Assembly (NCBI GenBank): GCA_012295275.1
Contig: CM022671.1
Coordinates: forward strand, 9,052,001 to 9,116,000
Origin: Chrysomallon squamiferum
Taxonomy: Eukaryota > Animalia > Mollusca
Length of the DNA: 64,000 nucleotides
Reading direction: 5' to 3'
The notes under the pieces were generated by a model. The model was not told the origin of the DNA. It was given only the letters and a program-made list of their open reading frames with translations, and made no database searches. Position numbers and translations under genes: made by a program. Positions 1-13,354 of the stretch are shown here, in pieces. Position 1 is the stretch's first letter. The number at the start of each line of letters is the position of its first letter.

Positions 1-883
1 AAATAAATATATATATATATATATATATTTGAGTTTTACACTAAATACTTATACTCTAAATGTGACATTGCGGAGTCCGAGATCCTTTTCTGACTATTTG
101 AAAGGGGAAAAAATAATACAAAATTATAAAATAAAGAACTAAATGAAGGAATAAAGAAATAAATGAGTGAAAAGCAAACTTGTACTATCCCTAGCTGTAC
201 ACATGTAATAAAATCAACAATTTCAATAAATAAATAAATAAATATATATACAATTGTTTGACAATTTTAGACTTTTTAACCTCTAAATCGACATTCGTCA
301 AAGTTTAATAGAATATCTAAATCAGATCTTTCTGTCCGTACATGGGTCAGCCGGATAATTTTCTTTTTTTAAAATTATTTTGTACAAGACAACAACTGTC
401 CATATATGTATATAAAGAAATACAAATGTATTTAAATAAGATTAATAATATTTACAAGTTACAGAAACGCTAACGAAATTGGACTGTGTCAGTTTTGTAA
501 AATATATATATATATATATATATATATTCAGTTTCTGACCAACCACCACGTAAATTACCAACCCATTCATAATTTAATATTTTGCATTTTTACCAAAATC
601 TTATACAAAATCTTATATAAAATATTGAAGAGAAAGAAAAAAAAATCTACACCATAAAAATCTCTCGAAAAAGATGTTACAAAAATAAAATTTGGTATGA
701 AATGACTATACTACAAACATGATCGTATGAATTTACACAACAAATATATGTCCTTGTCTTATACACTTTTTTTTTGCACTTACAGTAAATTAATGAAGCG
801 TTGACCTTTTTTTTTTTCTTAAAAAAAAGTTATCCTTTTTCTTTCTTTTTCTTTGTTTTGTTTTTGCTTTAAAATGGTTACTT

Positions 884-1389
884 TTAAGCTCTACACACCA
901 GACGATTGGTAATGACGTCAGAACAGAAAACCCCTCCCATTTTGCTGTCATTCACCAAGTACGACACAATGGCCGGATCCTGCACGTCTGCCTGATTTAA
1001 CGCCATGGATTTGTCAGTTTCAACGGCGGGTTCGCGCGGCGCTATAGTGGTGGATTTGTTGTTTTTATTTTTATCCTTGCCAGAGTTATTCGAGGCTTTC
1101 CCACTGGAAGACTTGTTGTTCTGCTTCTGTAAATTGTATTCGTTTCTGATGTCCTCGATATCGAAGAAAGCCTCGTGGATCACGGATCCACCGTGAATAG
1201 CTTCAGTGAATCTGTCAATATCTCTCTTTATTTCTTCCATCAAGTCTTCAGTGATTTCTGGTTCTTCGACCTTCTTTCCGTTGTTTGTCTCGAACTCTGA
1301 CAAACTGCAGTTGGTGGAAGCGTCAACCTTTCGTAACATTTAAGTAAATATAAAAATTAATTAAGTAACTATTTTTCTGAATAATTTTC

Positions 1390-1442
<53 letters not shown>

Positions 1443-2614
1443 GTAGACATGATGTCATCTCGTAGAACGTAAATATTTCTAAATATTCAAGGCCATAAAT
1501 TATTAATTCAAAATTATATAGTTTCCAAAATTTGTATTTTGCCAGAATTGCCATGTCACATGTAAGCCAACTGTCAAGCCAACTGTCTTGCCGAATAATG
1601 CCAGATAAATGTAGCTACTAACTGGAACAATTATTATTGGGAAAAGCAGAATATATTTAGAAGTGTATTTGAGATATTTCTTTGTAAGGAAAAAATCAGT
1701 ATGCATTCGTACACATTCTTTAACAGTCTGTGTTATCACACTGGCGCTATGTATTCGATCTTACCATTTTGGGCATGGCCTTGGCTCTCAGTGCTTCTAT
1801 GACAGACGACATTGGGTAATTGAGGGTCACGTCCCGTTGAATCAGTGCGATGACGTAGATAGGACATCGGCAGTTAGGACAGCCAATCGTCAAGTCGTGC
1901 ACGTTAATCTGTGGCTTGTTGCGTTTGGCGTGCTTACCCATTTCTAACAGACAACTGAAACATAAATAAACTGTCAGTACAGGTAATATAAAATAAACTG
2001 TCAGTACAGGTAATATAAAATAAACTGAAGTATGCTATTCTGTACTTTGCTTTATTATGCAGCAGTATACTATATTTTATGGTATGCAATTATATGTTAT
2101 ACATGTTATACTATACTAGACTAGACTAGACTATACTATAGTGTATTAAGTTGTGCTGTGTTATGGTATACTGTAATATACTATGCTATGTTACACTCTA
2201 CTATACTGTGCTATGCTACATTCCACTGCATTGCATATACACTGTACATGCTATACTACACAAAACAAAACACAATACTACCCTACACTACACTACATAC
2301 ACTACACTATACAACACTACACTACACCACACCACACAAAACTACACTACACTACACTACACTACACCATACTACACTACACTACACTGTGCTATGCTGT
2401 ACTATGCTAAACTACATTATACTGTTAAGGTATATCCAAAAGATTTATTTGTAATTACTTACTTGAAACAAAATGTGTGTCCACATGGCAATACAACCGG
2501 GCTGTCGAAATACTCAAGACATATTCCACATTTAAGAATCTGAACCGTGTCCTCACCAATCAGTTCTGGCAGTTTCCAGGAAAACAGTAAGCTATTTGTA
2601 TCATCCATTGTCAT
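884..2614 (-). CDS. RING-HC (C3HC4) finger protein, putative E3 ubiquitin ligase, 3 exons, ~261 aa
   Basis: Exons 2614-2463, 1954-1765 and 1327-884 join in phase. The spliced product reads MTMDD...[24 protein letters not shown]...IGCPNCR, a canonical C3HC4 RING. The exon 2-3 junction (ATG|gtaaga ... aag|GTT) is inferred and uses a weaker AAG acceptor. Confidence 0.8.
1392..1439. repeat. (GA)n microsatellite
   Basis: Perfect GA run, in predicted intron 2 of the RING gene. Confidence 0.95.
1962..2030. repeat. ~26-bp tandem repeat, ~2.5 copies
   Basis: aaataaactgtcagtacaggtaatat is repeated directly beside the exon 2 acceptor of the RING gene. Confidence 0.85.
2040..2425. repeat. Degenerate pentamer satellite (ACACT/ATACT/ATGCT)n
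   Basis: 5-bp periodicity (ctacactacactaca, ctatactat, ctagactaga) fills intron 1 of the RING gene. Confidence 0.9.
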
Positions 2615-2639
2615 TGTTTGAAAATTATTTAAACAAAAC

Positions 2640-2835
2640 AGAATAATACACAGTCCAAATCAGACCTATTGGAGCAACTGCTATGGTGACGTCATTTACC
2701 TATGACGTCTTAGGGCAGTCTTAAGCGGCCACTCGTAAATTTTCGCATTATTTCGTAAGCATTATGTGTACAACAATTAAGAAAACTTAGTTTTTAATTA
2801 ATTTATTTTGTAACATCATACTACTTCCGGTATTG
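2640..2835. promoter_or_regulatory. Putative bidirectional promoter (RING gene / LLPH)
   Basis: CpG-richer patch with a full CRE TGACGTCA (2687-2694), near-CRE TGACGTCT (2703-2710), reverse CCAAT (ATTGG 2668-2672) and ETS ACTTCCGG (~2823). The LLPH ATG directly follows an acceptor, so it needs an upstream non-coding exon; candidate donor gtaagc at 2755. Confidence 0.6.
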
Positions 2836-2872
2836 TTATAATAATTACATAATGTCTTGAACAGTTCGACTA

Positions 2873-2909
<37 letters not shown>

Positions 2910-3992
2910 TATTTGTTTATTTATTTTTATTTTTGTTTTGTTTTTACGTCTGATTATGTATGCAATGTATATAATGTATCTGTTGATATTAAATAATAAT
3001 AGATTATGTAATACCTAATCAAAGACATATACAACATAACAGAAACAGTTTGACCTATTTATAATTACTTTATTTTAAATTATTACTTCTATTGTGGTTG
3101 TTGTTGTTGTTTTATCGAGTACGTAGTTATATCGAGTTTATAGAATCGGTTACAAAAGTATTTCGCCCAAACATGTTCCATCGACACCAAGAGTTATCGG
3201 TCCTAAAGAAAAACAAAACTAGTCTATTGCTACGTTTAGACTTAGACGTAATTTTTGAAAGCACGTGTATGTTTTGGTGTGCGAAATAGTTATCAGTTAT
3301 CTGAATCCAAAATTCAAATAAAAGGTGAATTAGTTTGTTTCTTGGTATTTCTTTGTACTTAAAAATATATTGTGGATATTGTCGAATGAACTGTTCAGTT
3401 AGAAATGAACATATTTAAAGAAAACATACAAACATTTCGCTCATAATTTGATTTCACCCCTGTCTATATATCTTTATATGTATAAGTATAATAATGAAAA
3501 ATTATTATAATTATATTTATTTTGAATTTACGTTATAGTTAATAATTTATTGTTAATAACAGAACCTTCATGTTACTTATACTAAGATTATAAGATACTC
3601 GTTTGACCATTCGACCATTCAATGATTCATCCATTGCTTCATGACATTAATTTGATTAAATGATTAATGATTAATATTTTATCAAGTAATATAATTAATA
3701 TTATATAAATAAAAGAAGAAGAAAAAGAGTTGTTTGTTACATGTTATAAACAGACATTCATATTATTAATGATGTCAATTCAAATTTTTGCTAGAACAAA
3801 TCATTTATCTTATGGTTATTCACTGTAATTCAGTTTATTTAGTTTATTTAGAAATCAGTAAACTTGATATTTATAATTTTAGTGTGGAGCTTAAACGTTT
3901 TAAGAATATTATCTAGTCCTTGACACTTTACTGTTTACTGAAACATTCTGCTACCAATTGGGCATTTATTCATGTACTGTATTCATCTAATG

Positions 3993-3993
<1 letters not shown>

Positions 3994-4050
<57 letters not shown>
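3994..4050. repeat. (TAA)n microsatellite
   Basis: Perfect TAA run. Confidence 0.95.
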
Positions 4051-4053
<3 letters not shown>

Positions 4054-4578
4054 CAAAATAAAAATGCCAAAAGACATGGATATCTTGTTTTGTAGTATAG
4101 TGTAAATAGTACGGTATATGTAGTTGAAAATAAAGTTGCCAACAATGGTGACATGAAATGTAAAATGTGATTATTTGTTACAGTATATTTTATAAATTTA
4201 TTTACATTAGGATCCTTCCGTTAATAATCATTAAATATAAATAATCTTTTTATTTTATTTTATTTTATTTTATTTTATTTTTTTTTTTTTTCTTAACAAA
4301 AATCAGTACGATATGACATATCAGTCATGTACAAAAATGTGTTTTTAAAGTAAATTTGTGTAAATCAAAAATATTTTCACCTGTATTTGTCAAATTAACA
4401 TTATTTGGATATGTAAAAATAAAAAAACATTTAGTAAAGCTATAGTTCACAGAGACTACAATACAATCATAATGTTTTCAAATTTTATATTGTTTTCAAT
4501 ACAGTATTTTTGACAAAAAAAAAATCTGTTTTAAATTGCATTATAAGTCACTTGTAATCATTTATTATCACTTTACAG

Positions 4579-5345
4579 ATGGCCAAAAGTTTGAGGAGTA
4601 AGAAAAGACGAAAGATGAGAAATCAGAAAAGATTGAAATGGGCTCCAAAAGAAAAGGCACGAATAGAAAGAATTGTAAAGGCACTAAACAGCAAAGATGT
4701 TGACATTTCAAATCTTGTTATGTGTATGTGTATTCACACCTTGCATTCGTTATTCAGATAATTCTGGTTCTAATAAAACTAATATGGTAATAAGTTACCA
4801 TAGAATGCATTTAAGAATCTTGAATTTGAAATTCAATTCTCTGATAAGTAAGATTTTATTGAGAAATGGTTCCACAACCCTTCCAATAGAAGTGCTGAAA
4901 TTATTTTATCTTTCCTGATTAATAGTTTGTAACTGATTTTAGTTATATGTTTCACAACAGATATACTATAATTTCTCTTTTAAGTTACAGATAGGCTCCT
5001 AATAATTCAGTTTAATTGTTGTATATAATTTAGATGTTTGTATTCTATTTAAAACTGACTACTTGTATCACTAATAAATATTTTGACATTATTTTGTGCA
5101 GTACTGTGTGTTTTGAGGAGAACTGAATTAATGTACTTTTCCCTTATTTTTAACTTTATTTTATTTATCTTTCAGTAAAAACACCATCAGATCTAAAAAG
5201 TAAATCTGAAGAAAAGGAAAAAGTTGATGGTTTGTTATATTCTAATTATAGCAACATTATTTACTACCATTACCTCTGCACTTATCATAGTTCTGTTATA
5301 AACATAAACCCAGGCTTATATGAAATCATTGTACTAGTTATTTAA

Positions 5346-5377
<32 letters not shown>

Positions 5378-5853
5378 TTTGTTGTGTCTCTTCATTATTG
5401 TTCCTTTCCCCCGTAAGATAATCCTTAAGATTTGTGCATACATGTTGGGGAAATCCTTTAAATGAACATAATATGTTTTTAAAATGTAATGAAATATTGT
5501 ATTACCAAAGGTTATTTTGTTCTTATACTGAAGTAAAATTCTTAAGGGATAATCTTTGAATGTTTATGAAATCAACATTATCATTATGCCATTTTCAGTG
5601 AAATATTTACATACATCTATCAAGGTTATTATATAAATATTTAATTCCTAAATTAAACGGTTTGTTATTAATTTCAGATGGCCACATGGATGTTGAGGCT
5701 GAAGAAAAGGCACGAGACCCCAAGACTTTAAGAGACGAACATGGACATTATCCTGTGTGGATGAATCAGAGAGCCATAAAAAAATTCAAACACAAAATCA
5801 ACAAGTCTAAAAAGGTGAAAAATAAAGGACGTAACAAGAAAGGTGAATGGTGA
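4579..5853 (+). CDS. LLPH: Protein LLP homolog (LAPS18-like), 3 coding exons, 124 aa
   Basis: Exons 4579-4723, 5176-5229 and 5678-5853 are in phase. N-terminal MAKSLRSKKRRKMR and C-terminal KTLRDEHGHYPVWMNQR plus a basic tail are LLPH signatures. Confidence 0.93.
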
Positions 5854-7076
5854 AAAAGCGGCATAACCAGAGGACTGAAATTGATTATATATGTATATAT
5901 ATATAAAATGTAACATAAAATATTTCATTTTTGTGTCTACTTTGTTATGTTTCTTTGAGAAATATAGATTTTTTTTTTTAAACGTTTAAATCTGGGTTAA
6001 ATTATCTGGTTTTAAAATCTGAATCTTGCCATCTTGTCTTTAACCTCTGTAGAAAGTGTAACAATTATACTTTTATAGTTACTTTTTGTAATCTCATTAT
6101 TTTAATAACAACATGCCTGTTAATGTAATACTCTTGTGTTGTAATTAATTTATAGTAAAAAAAATTTGAGAATGGAGAAAATAATTATTTAAATATCATT
6201 CCATTTTGTAGGAGTGTATTCATAAATCCTTCTGTTGGACAAATTTGCTGTTTTCATGTTCATTATGCTCTGAATGTATTATTATTATTGTTATTATTTT
6301 TTATTAATTTCATTTTTTGAATCATATAAAACTGTCTTAATGAAGTTTGAATTTCAGTTTTTAATCTTTCAGTTGCATTACTTGTAAATGAAAAAGTGGG
6401 AATTGAATTTTGTTTTACCATAAATAAAATATGTTATGTTGACATTCACAGCAGGTAACAGTAATTAAGGATAATTTTTATATCATTTTATTAAATACAA
6501 GTTATACAGCTGTTTGTTATCGTCAGCTTCTGACTAACCACAGAACAGATCAGTCTCACAAACAGGTTTTAAAACATTTTTATTAACAGTAAATCAGATG
6601 TGTTTACATCATAAAATGTTAAAGTTTCAAATTTCACTTCTCTTTTTGTTTTTTCTTGCATTGTTGATAACCAGTAGTTACAGTAATATATTATTATACC
6701 ATAAAAATTGTGTATAAAAAGGCTTCTGTAGTCCAAAATATTGTTAATTTTCTGTGCATCATGTAGCTTGGTACCTATTTCCTCCCTGAAAATTAGTAAT
6801 GAAAACAGCTTTCATTTCATGCTTTCTTTTCAACTTGATGTGGTAAATCCACCTGGTCTCACAAGAGACCTATTTCTCAGATCAACGCTGTAGGATAACT
6901 GGTGAAACTGCAACATAGTTTCTGGATCTGATTTTGGCCACTGGCTATCAGACATAGACCTAATGGCCTATTTGCCTAATTCCTGTTGAAAGACAGTTTC
7001 ATTCTTCATTGCTGACCATGTATCATGCAGTCACTAATAAACATTTTGCTCTCTGTTCTGGCTGAAAATGGGGAAA

Positions 7077-10000
7077 TCACCAAATGAACGGTGCTCTTTC
7101 TCTGAGCAGTCTACAGCTGAACTGTTTCCATTCTTTCTGCCAGATCCAGAGTTCCTGAGTTGTGTCCAGACAGGCCATTATAGCAGCACCCTTCCAGCAA
7201 ACCACTCGGGGATCCGTGTCCTGTAATGTAATTCATGTTAGTGAAGATTTTCTTATCTACATTACATATACAGCTGAATACTTTAAAAACCAATATTGCT
7301 TTAATATATTAAAGAAACTGTTGGACTTTATAAACAAAAAATTAATAATTTCTTACTCTAGGTTACTGGTTACAATTATAATTCTGTTTTTGATTTTAGG
7401 AAAAAAGCATACATATATGATCATGAAAAGTCCCTTCTCCTTACTCTTTTGAGAATAACTAATTGTATGATCAACTTGGCTATATATATATTTCTTAAAC
7501 CTTTGGCCTGGTGATAACATCCATGGATTCAAGTATCATTCTCTGGTTGCTAGGCATCTGTAACCACACTCTGTACTGTATCCAGTCCTGGGCTCCTTCA
7601 AACATTGCGAGACCACCACCAACTACAACAATGCAGCTGTACATCTTCTTCTTCATTTCTTCACTTCCTGCCAATAAAATAACCTGAATATAAAGATTGT
7701 GAGGAGGAAAAAAAAATCTGAATCGTGCCATCTTGCTTTTAATGTCTGTCGAAAGTGTAACAATTTAAATGTAAATGATAAACAATTATAAGGATTTACA
7801 CTTAAGATGACTAGATATGTTATAAGAGAAAAATACATACATTCTAGCAAACATTTTATAAACACAAATATTAGCTGATTGTTGATTTTTTAACCATTAA
7901 TAAAAGTTATATTCTTACAAACAACAAAATAGCTTCCTTCAATAGTTCACAAAAATGAATTATACTTCCAACAAACAAATATTGCTATTATATTTGCCGC
8001 AGAACAAAATGGCTTCCATAAATTAAAAGATCTTTAATAAACTGAAAACATCCTCCCTGTGATTTTTTAAATTATTTTCTTACCACACTTTTCAATGCTA
8101 TACAAAATGGCTTCATCTACTCCCATCAGCTGAGCTACAGGTTCATTCTCCTTCTCCTCTTCCTCCTCCATCTCAGTCCTTCGACCTAGTTTTGTTTCGT
8201 TGGCAGGTAAACTGTCAGGTGCATCGTTAGAGTCATCATCTACCTGCGCCTGCATGTTCTCATCCAGCTGAATGAGGCTGCTCTCTGAAGCATCTCTTGT
8301 CATCTCCTGGTTATCCTTCTTCAGTTTGCCTGGCTGTGAAAACATGGGTAATATATTGAAACCACATCTTTCAGTAATTCATAGTAAAATCAGTACAATT
8401 TTTCCAGAGAGAGATGTTGCTTTTGCTTTTATTAGTTTATTATGAAAAAACAGGCAACATTGTCTAAAAAACCCAATTTGAAATGAAAATATGAAACACT
8501 GGAAAGTTTTAAATCAATTACAGTTAAAAAAAATTCTGAGAAGAATGGGGTACAATATATTTCTTTTATATTTTAACTTGCAGTTAAAAATATCTTTTTT
8601 TTAGTCATTTTAAAATCAATATTATTTTCACAAGCAAATATCTGTTTTTAATTTGAGATCTCTAATAAAATAAGTTTTATAATTATTTATTAAAACAATT
8701 TTTTTTATTTTTTTATTTCATATTTGTTATAACTTTCTGAGCTGAAAGAAATAAAAATAAAAAACAGTTTAAATGAGTATGCTAATAAAAACTACAATAA
8801 CAGAAACTCACCTGGCCTCCAGCCCGCTGTGTCTGACGAAGGTAACTTTCATCATGAGGATCATGTGCATCTCCTACAAATCGATTCTGGACATGGACTA
8901 AATGAGATCCCTGAAGTCCATACATTTCTGGAAAGAGCAGACTCAAGGCTGAGAGTAGTAACTCGTCACCAAGTTTGATGTTGTATTTGATGATGTTACT
9001 CTGTGGCCTTTTGATCTGAACAAACTGATCTATCACTCCTCCATTGTCCTGAAAACACAACTCATAGTTTTTTAACACAGACACAAACAACAACAATTTA
9101 CTTTAAAACTGTAATGTAGTATCTTTTTCACTACAATGCAATTTCCTGCTGGTTATTTAGAATTTGAGAAACAATACCATATTATAATTGGTCACATAAT
9201 TATTATTATGGTACAATTAAAGACTCATGTATTTTAAGAATGCTCTAAATATCATATTCAAAATAAAACATTCCCACTCTTTGACACATTAATTGACCTG
9301 AATGAAAATAACTAAATTATTTTAATACTAATGAACCAAAAAAAAAATTTAAACAAAAAATTGTATTTGCTTATGCAAAGGAATGAGACAGAAGATAAGG
9401 ATTCCAAGTTAACATTTTATTCTTACATTAATATCCATGTGACAGAGAGTTTCTTTCAGTTCTTGCAAAAGAAGAATGTCAACTGGAAGAGACAGGTTCA
9501 GTTCACGAAGGGGGAATCCACTTCTGCCAAGCATCCAGTGTAAGCATCTACTGACATCCACACCTCCATACTCCATTGTGATTCTGTGCACAAATATAAA
9601 AATCTGTTAAACAGCATAATGAGTTTAAAAGAATGATTACCACAAATATGTTAACATCTGTCAATTTTGTCATAAATTTACATTACCAAATTATTGAAGT
9701 TATAATGGTGATTAGCATTATATTTTACACATTCAACAATGTAAATATGTTATAGAATTTCTGTGAGGTTTTACTATGTTCACTGGCAGTATTTAATTTA
9801 CTTATTTATTTCTTCTTTCCTTTTTAGTGGTAAAAGCTGCTGGTTATTAAATATTGAAGCAAATTTACAAATTATTCCATTACAAGTAAAATCTACCTTG
9901 ATGATTTCTGTGAAATACCATCTTCCACACAACACACACTTGTTTTCTGATCACCAACATCAACCACACAGGCACAGGATACACCAGCACCAAATATAGC

Positions 10001-13000
10001 ACACACAGATTCCTGTAGGAAACAGAAAGAAAAGACCAAACACTTAGGAAAGAGATTATTAAAAGGCTAGACAAATTTTTAAAAATAATAATTATTTCGC
10101 AACACTGAAAAAAGACCTGAAAAAAAATCCATTTTAATACTAGATAAAAGAAATATTTAATTTTATATTAAAATTAAATATAAGAAGTAACTATTTTTAT
10201 GAATGTTTAATCACTGAAGGCTACATGGTTTTCAAATTTTGATTTGTATATTTTACCAGATGTATAAATGCTGCTCCAAAACCCAGAGTGTCCAGTAGTA
10301 AATTCATCAGAGCTTTGACATGCTTGTGGACATAAACATCAGGAATAAGGAGGATGACATGATAGTTCTGAAAGTGGGAAAAATAGAACTCTTGTTAGTG
10401 AAAGTAATAGCAACAGCAGTATTGTTAGAATTTGGAACAGAGTGCTAATGGAAACATATCTGTCAACCTTTTGTGTTAACAGTAACAGGAAATAAGAAAA
10501 AGCTTTTGCTGCTATCATTACTATTTTTTGTCCCAAACTAAACATACAAACAAAAAACTGCCACACATAAAAAAAAAGGCATTTTCTTGTTTACAATTCG
10601 AACATTTACAAGATACACACACACACATAGCCAGTGTAACATTACATACAGACATTTTCATTTACATCCTCTCATTTTATATAATGAAATCTTCTCATAC
10701 ACTCACTCTCACACACATCAGTTCTGTATTTTCTCCACAAAAACAAACATATTTTTAAGAAGCTGACTGAACCTGAAAGTTTGATTTGGTTATATTTAGG
10801 TGGTTTTCTATCACTGACTGCCATATCACTTCAAGATTTGCCAGCACAGAGGTGAGCGTCTCGTTTGATCCACTGTACACATTGAAACGACCTCTTCGGA
10901 TTGGCCAGTGTAAGGAATAATTACTGGAAGGATGAATCAACAATGCCTGAAACAACAAAACAATGTCACAAATCATGTATTACCAAACTACATAAAATTA
11001 TATATTAACTTAAAAATCAGTTTTTACACGGTTTTATATTTTATGTTCCAGTAATTCATTAATTTCTTTTCGATGCCCATTTTTTGAATTGATCTTCTTT
11101 CATAATAAAAATAGTCAGTGAATATAAATAATTTATAATTAAATAATTTTGTGAATGACAAAACATGTAAAACAATATATAAATAAATAATAAATAAATA
11201 TATATATATATATTTATATATAAAAAGCCTCTTCTTATAATTACCTTTTTCAAAACAAAATATATTTTTAATTACTACAGGATTAATCACTTTTATTTAT
11301 TTTTGTTTTTCAATTTTTATCTTCTTCTTCTTTAAACTGAATAATGAATAATAACTGAAATTATAATTTTATAAATTATTTAGACAAAAGCTTGGTACCA
11401 GTGACAAGTGTTAACACAATTTCTACTCACATCAGCACCGACTATGAAAGGTTTGTCAGTTGTTGTCCATTTCTGTGGATTTACAACATCAGTCCTTTCA
11501 GGTTTTACAGAACAGTTGTAACTGGCCAGCTGAAACATGATATAATAGTTAATATATTTCATGCAATTTAAACATAATCACGTTATAATTAATGTTTTTT
11601 AGTGCCATTAAAACATACTGATCACACTGAAAACACATTTTTTTAAAACTACAAAGGTTAGTGTTTTCTGGATCTGACCTTTTTTTGATTTTCATGAAAT
11701 ATACATATGTATTATTAAAAATTAGTTTATACCTCTCTGCCTGGAGTAAGTTGTCTGTAACCACCAATTGCATTTGGCCTTGTCAGCAAGGCTTCTTCAG
11801 CAGACTTTAAACCAAGTCGTTTCTGTTGTTTTGAATCTGGATGCTGTTGATCAAAAAAATAATAACATTTTTAACATTTTTAAAATATGTAGTTAAAAAC
11901 TCACAATTTAAGTAAATCCTCACATGTAAAAGTATATTAGAAGATTGGCATTTAGCTGCCTTCATAATATATCAGACCTAATCATTTCATAAAATTAGCT
12001 TGAAAATGTAACTATGGATGGACTGACAGTAGTCTAACAAAAAATTCTTTATATTTTCAAGTTATTATTTCATTTGTTTAGAGCAATCTGTAATCACTGA
12101 TAACAAAGTATCGCAATAAAATAAAATGTTACATAACATTTAAACATCATCATTTTATTCCTTTCACAATTGGTGTACTGAAGTCAGTGAGTACCAGGCA
12201 TTAGGAGTATTTTTTCTGATGCTAAAGAAATTTAGTGTACACCTGTCTACCCTGTACTCAGTGATACAAGGACTGCAGAAAAAAGGCAGCATGCATACAG
12301 TTTTATATAGTACTTTATTATAGTTATACTTCACAAGAAACTAATACAAAATAAAAATAATAACTTTGAAGTATGCAGAATGTATTTAGACTATTTACAC
12401 ATATTATCAAACTATACTTTAACTTCATGTTTATTCAGTCAAGCAATCAAGAAATGAAATTGCCCAAGACCATATTTTGCACCTGTCATACTACTGTGGG
12501 AATAAGACCAGAGTTTGTATTTTAAGGAAATGATTGTATAGGTTTTGTTCCTTAGATAAATACTCTGTTACATATAAATATATTTATATGAATTATTATT
12601 ATTATTTTCTATTTTCTATTTGTTTCAGAATAATGTTTATACATTATAGACACGTTTTTATTTATATATAGATAGTATTGTTTGTACAAAGTGCAAATAA
12701 TTTATTTATATTAATGTATTGTTTATATTTTTAAATATATACTTTTATATGATTTGTATATTACATTGCATTCTGGCCTGGCTAGCCAAGCTTCTGGTTG
12801 ATATGGAGTTGACTGAGATTTTTTCTTGCGAGCAATGCAGTGAGGAACTGTTACTGGAAAAGTGTCTGATGCTCGCCCAATCCTCAAGTTATAAGATCCT
12901 GGATGTATTATAATCACAGATGAAGGTGGTACTGGCTACAATATAAAAAATGTGTTAGCGACACATGACGGTAAACAATAACGATTAAATATGTCATCGC

Positions 13001-13354
13001 TAAAAGTGTAAACAGTCACAGTAACTTCTGAACCTTTTAACATATCTGTTATTAGTATTAACTTGTTTAAATAATAAAAATAACAAGTGTAAAAAACAAA
13101 ATTAAAACATTTATTGAAAAATGTAATACAGTAGTTTACATAATTATCTTATTATATAATACATTAACATAGTTTAATGATAATGATTATTAATTTCAAA
13201 ATTTGTATTATAAAAATCGAATGAAATTGGATTTATCGTTACCACAAACAAAACAAAAATAGGTTCGTTAATAATGGAGCAGTGTTTGTCATACCTCGGT
13301 CAACTGTTCTGGAATAGGTTGAGCAAATGGTTTTTTGCCCGGTGTTGTAGGCAT
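7077..13354 (-). CDS. ACTR8: Actin-related protein 8 (INO80 complex subunit), 12 exons
   Basis: Approximate exons: 13354-13295, 12936-12764, 11844-11733, 11529-11431, 10947-10773, 10368-10257, 10012-9898, 9583-9427, 9049-8812, 8334-8084, 7667-7501, 7221-7077. Motifs IIIHPGSYNLRIGRASD, LHWPIRRGRFN, ACVVDVGDQKTSVCCVEDG and terminal RLLRERAPFIW*. Confidence 0.95.

Noticed and set aside
2151-2543. Three overlapping His/Tyr/Thr-rich ORFs
   Set aside because: They are translations of the pentamer satellite inside a RING-gene intron.
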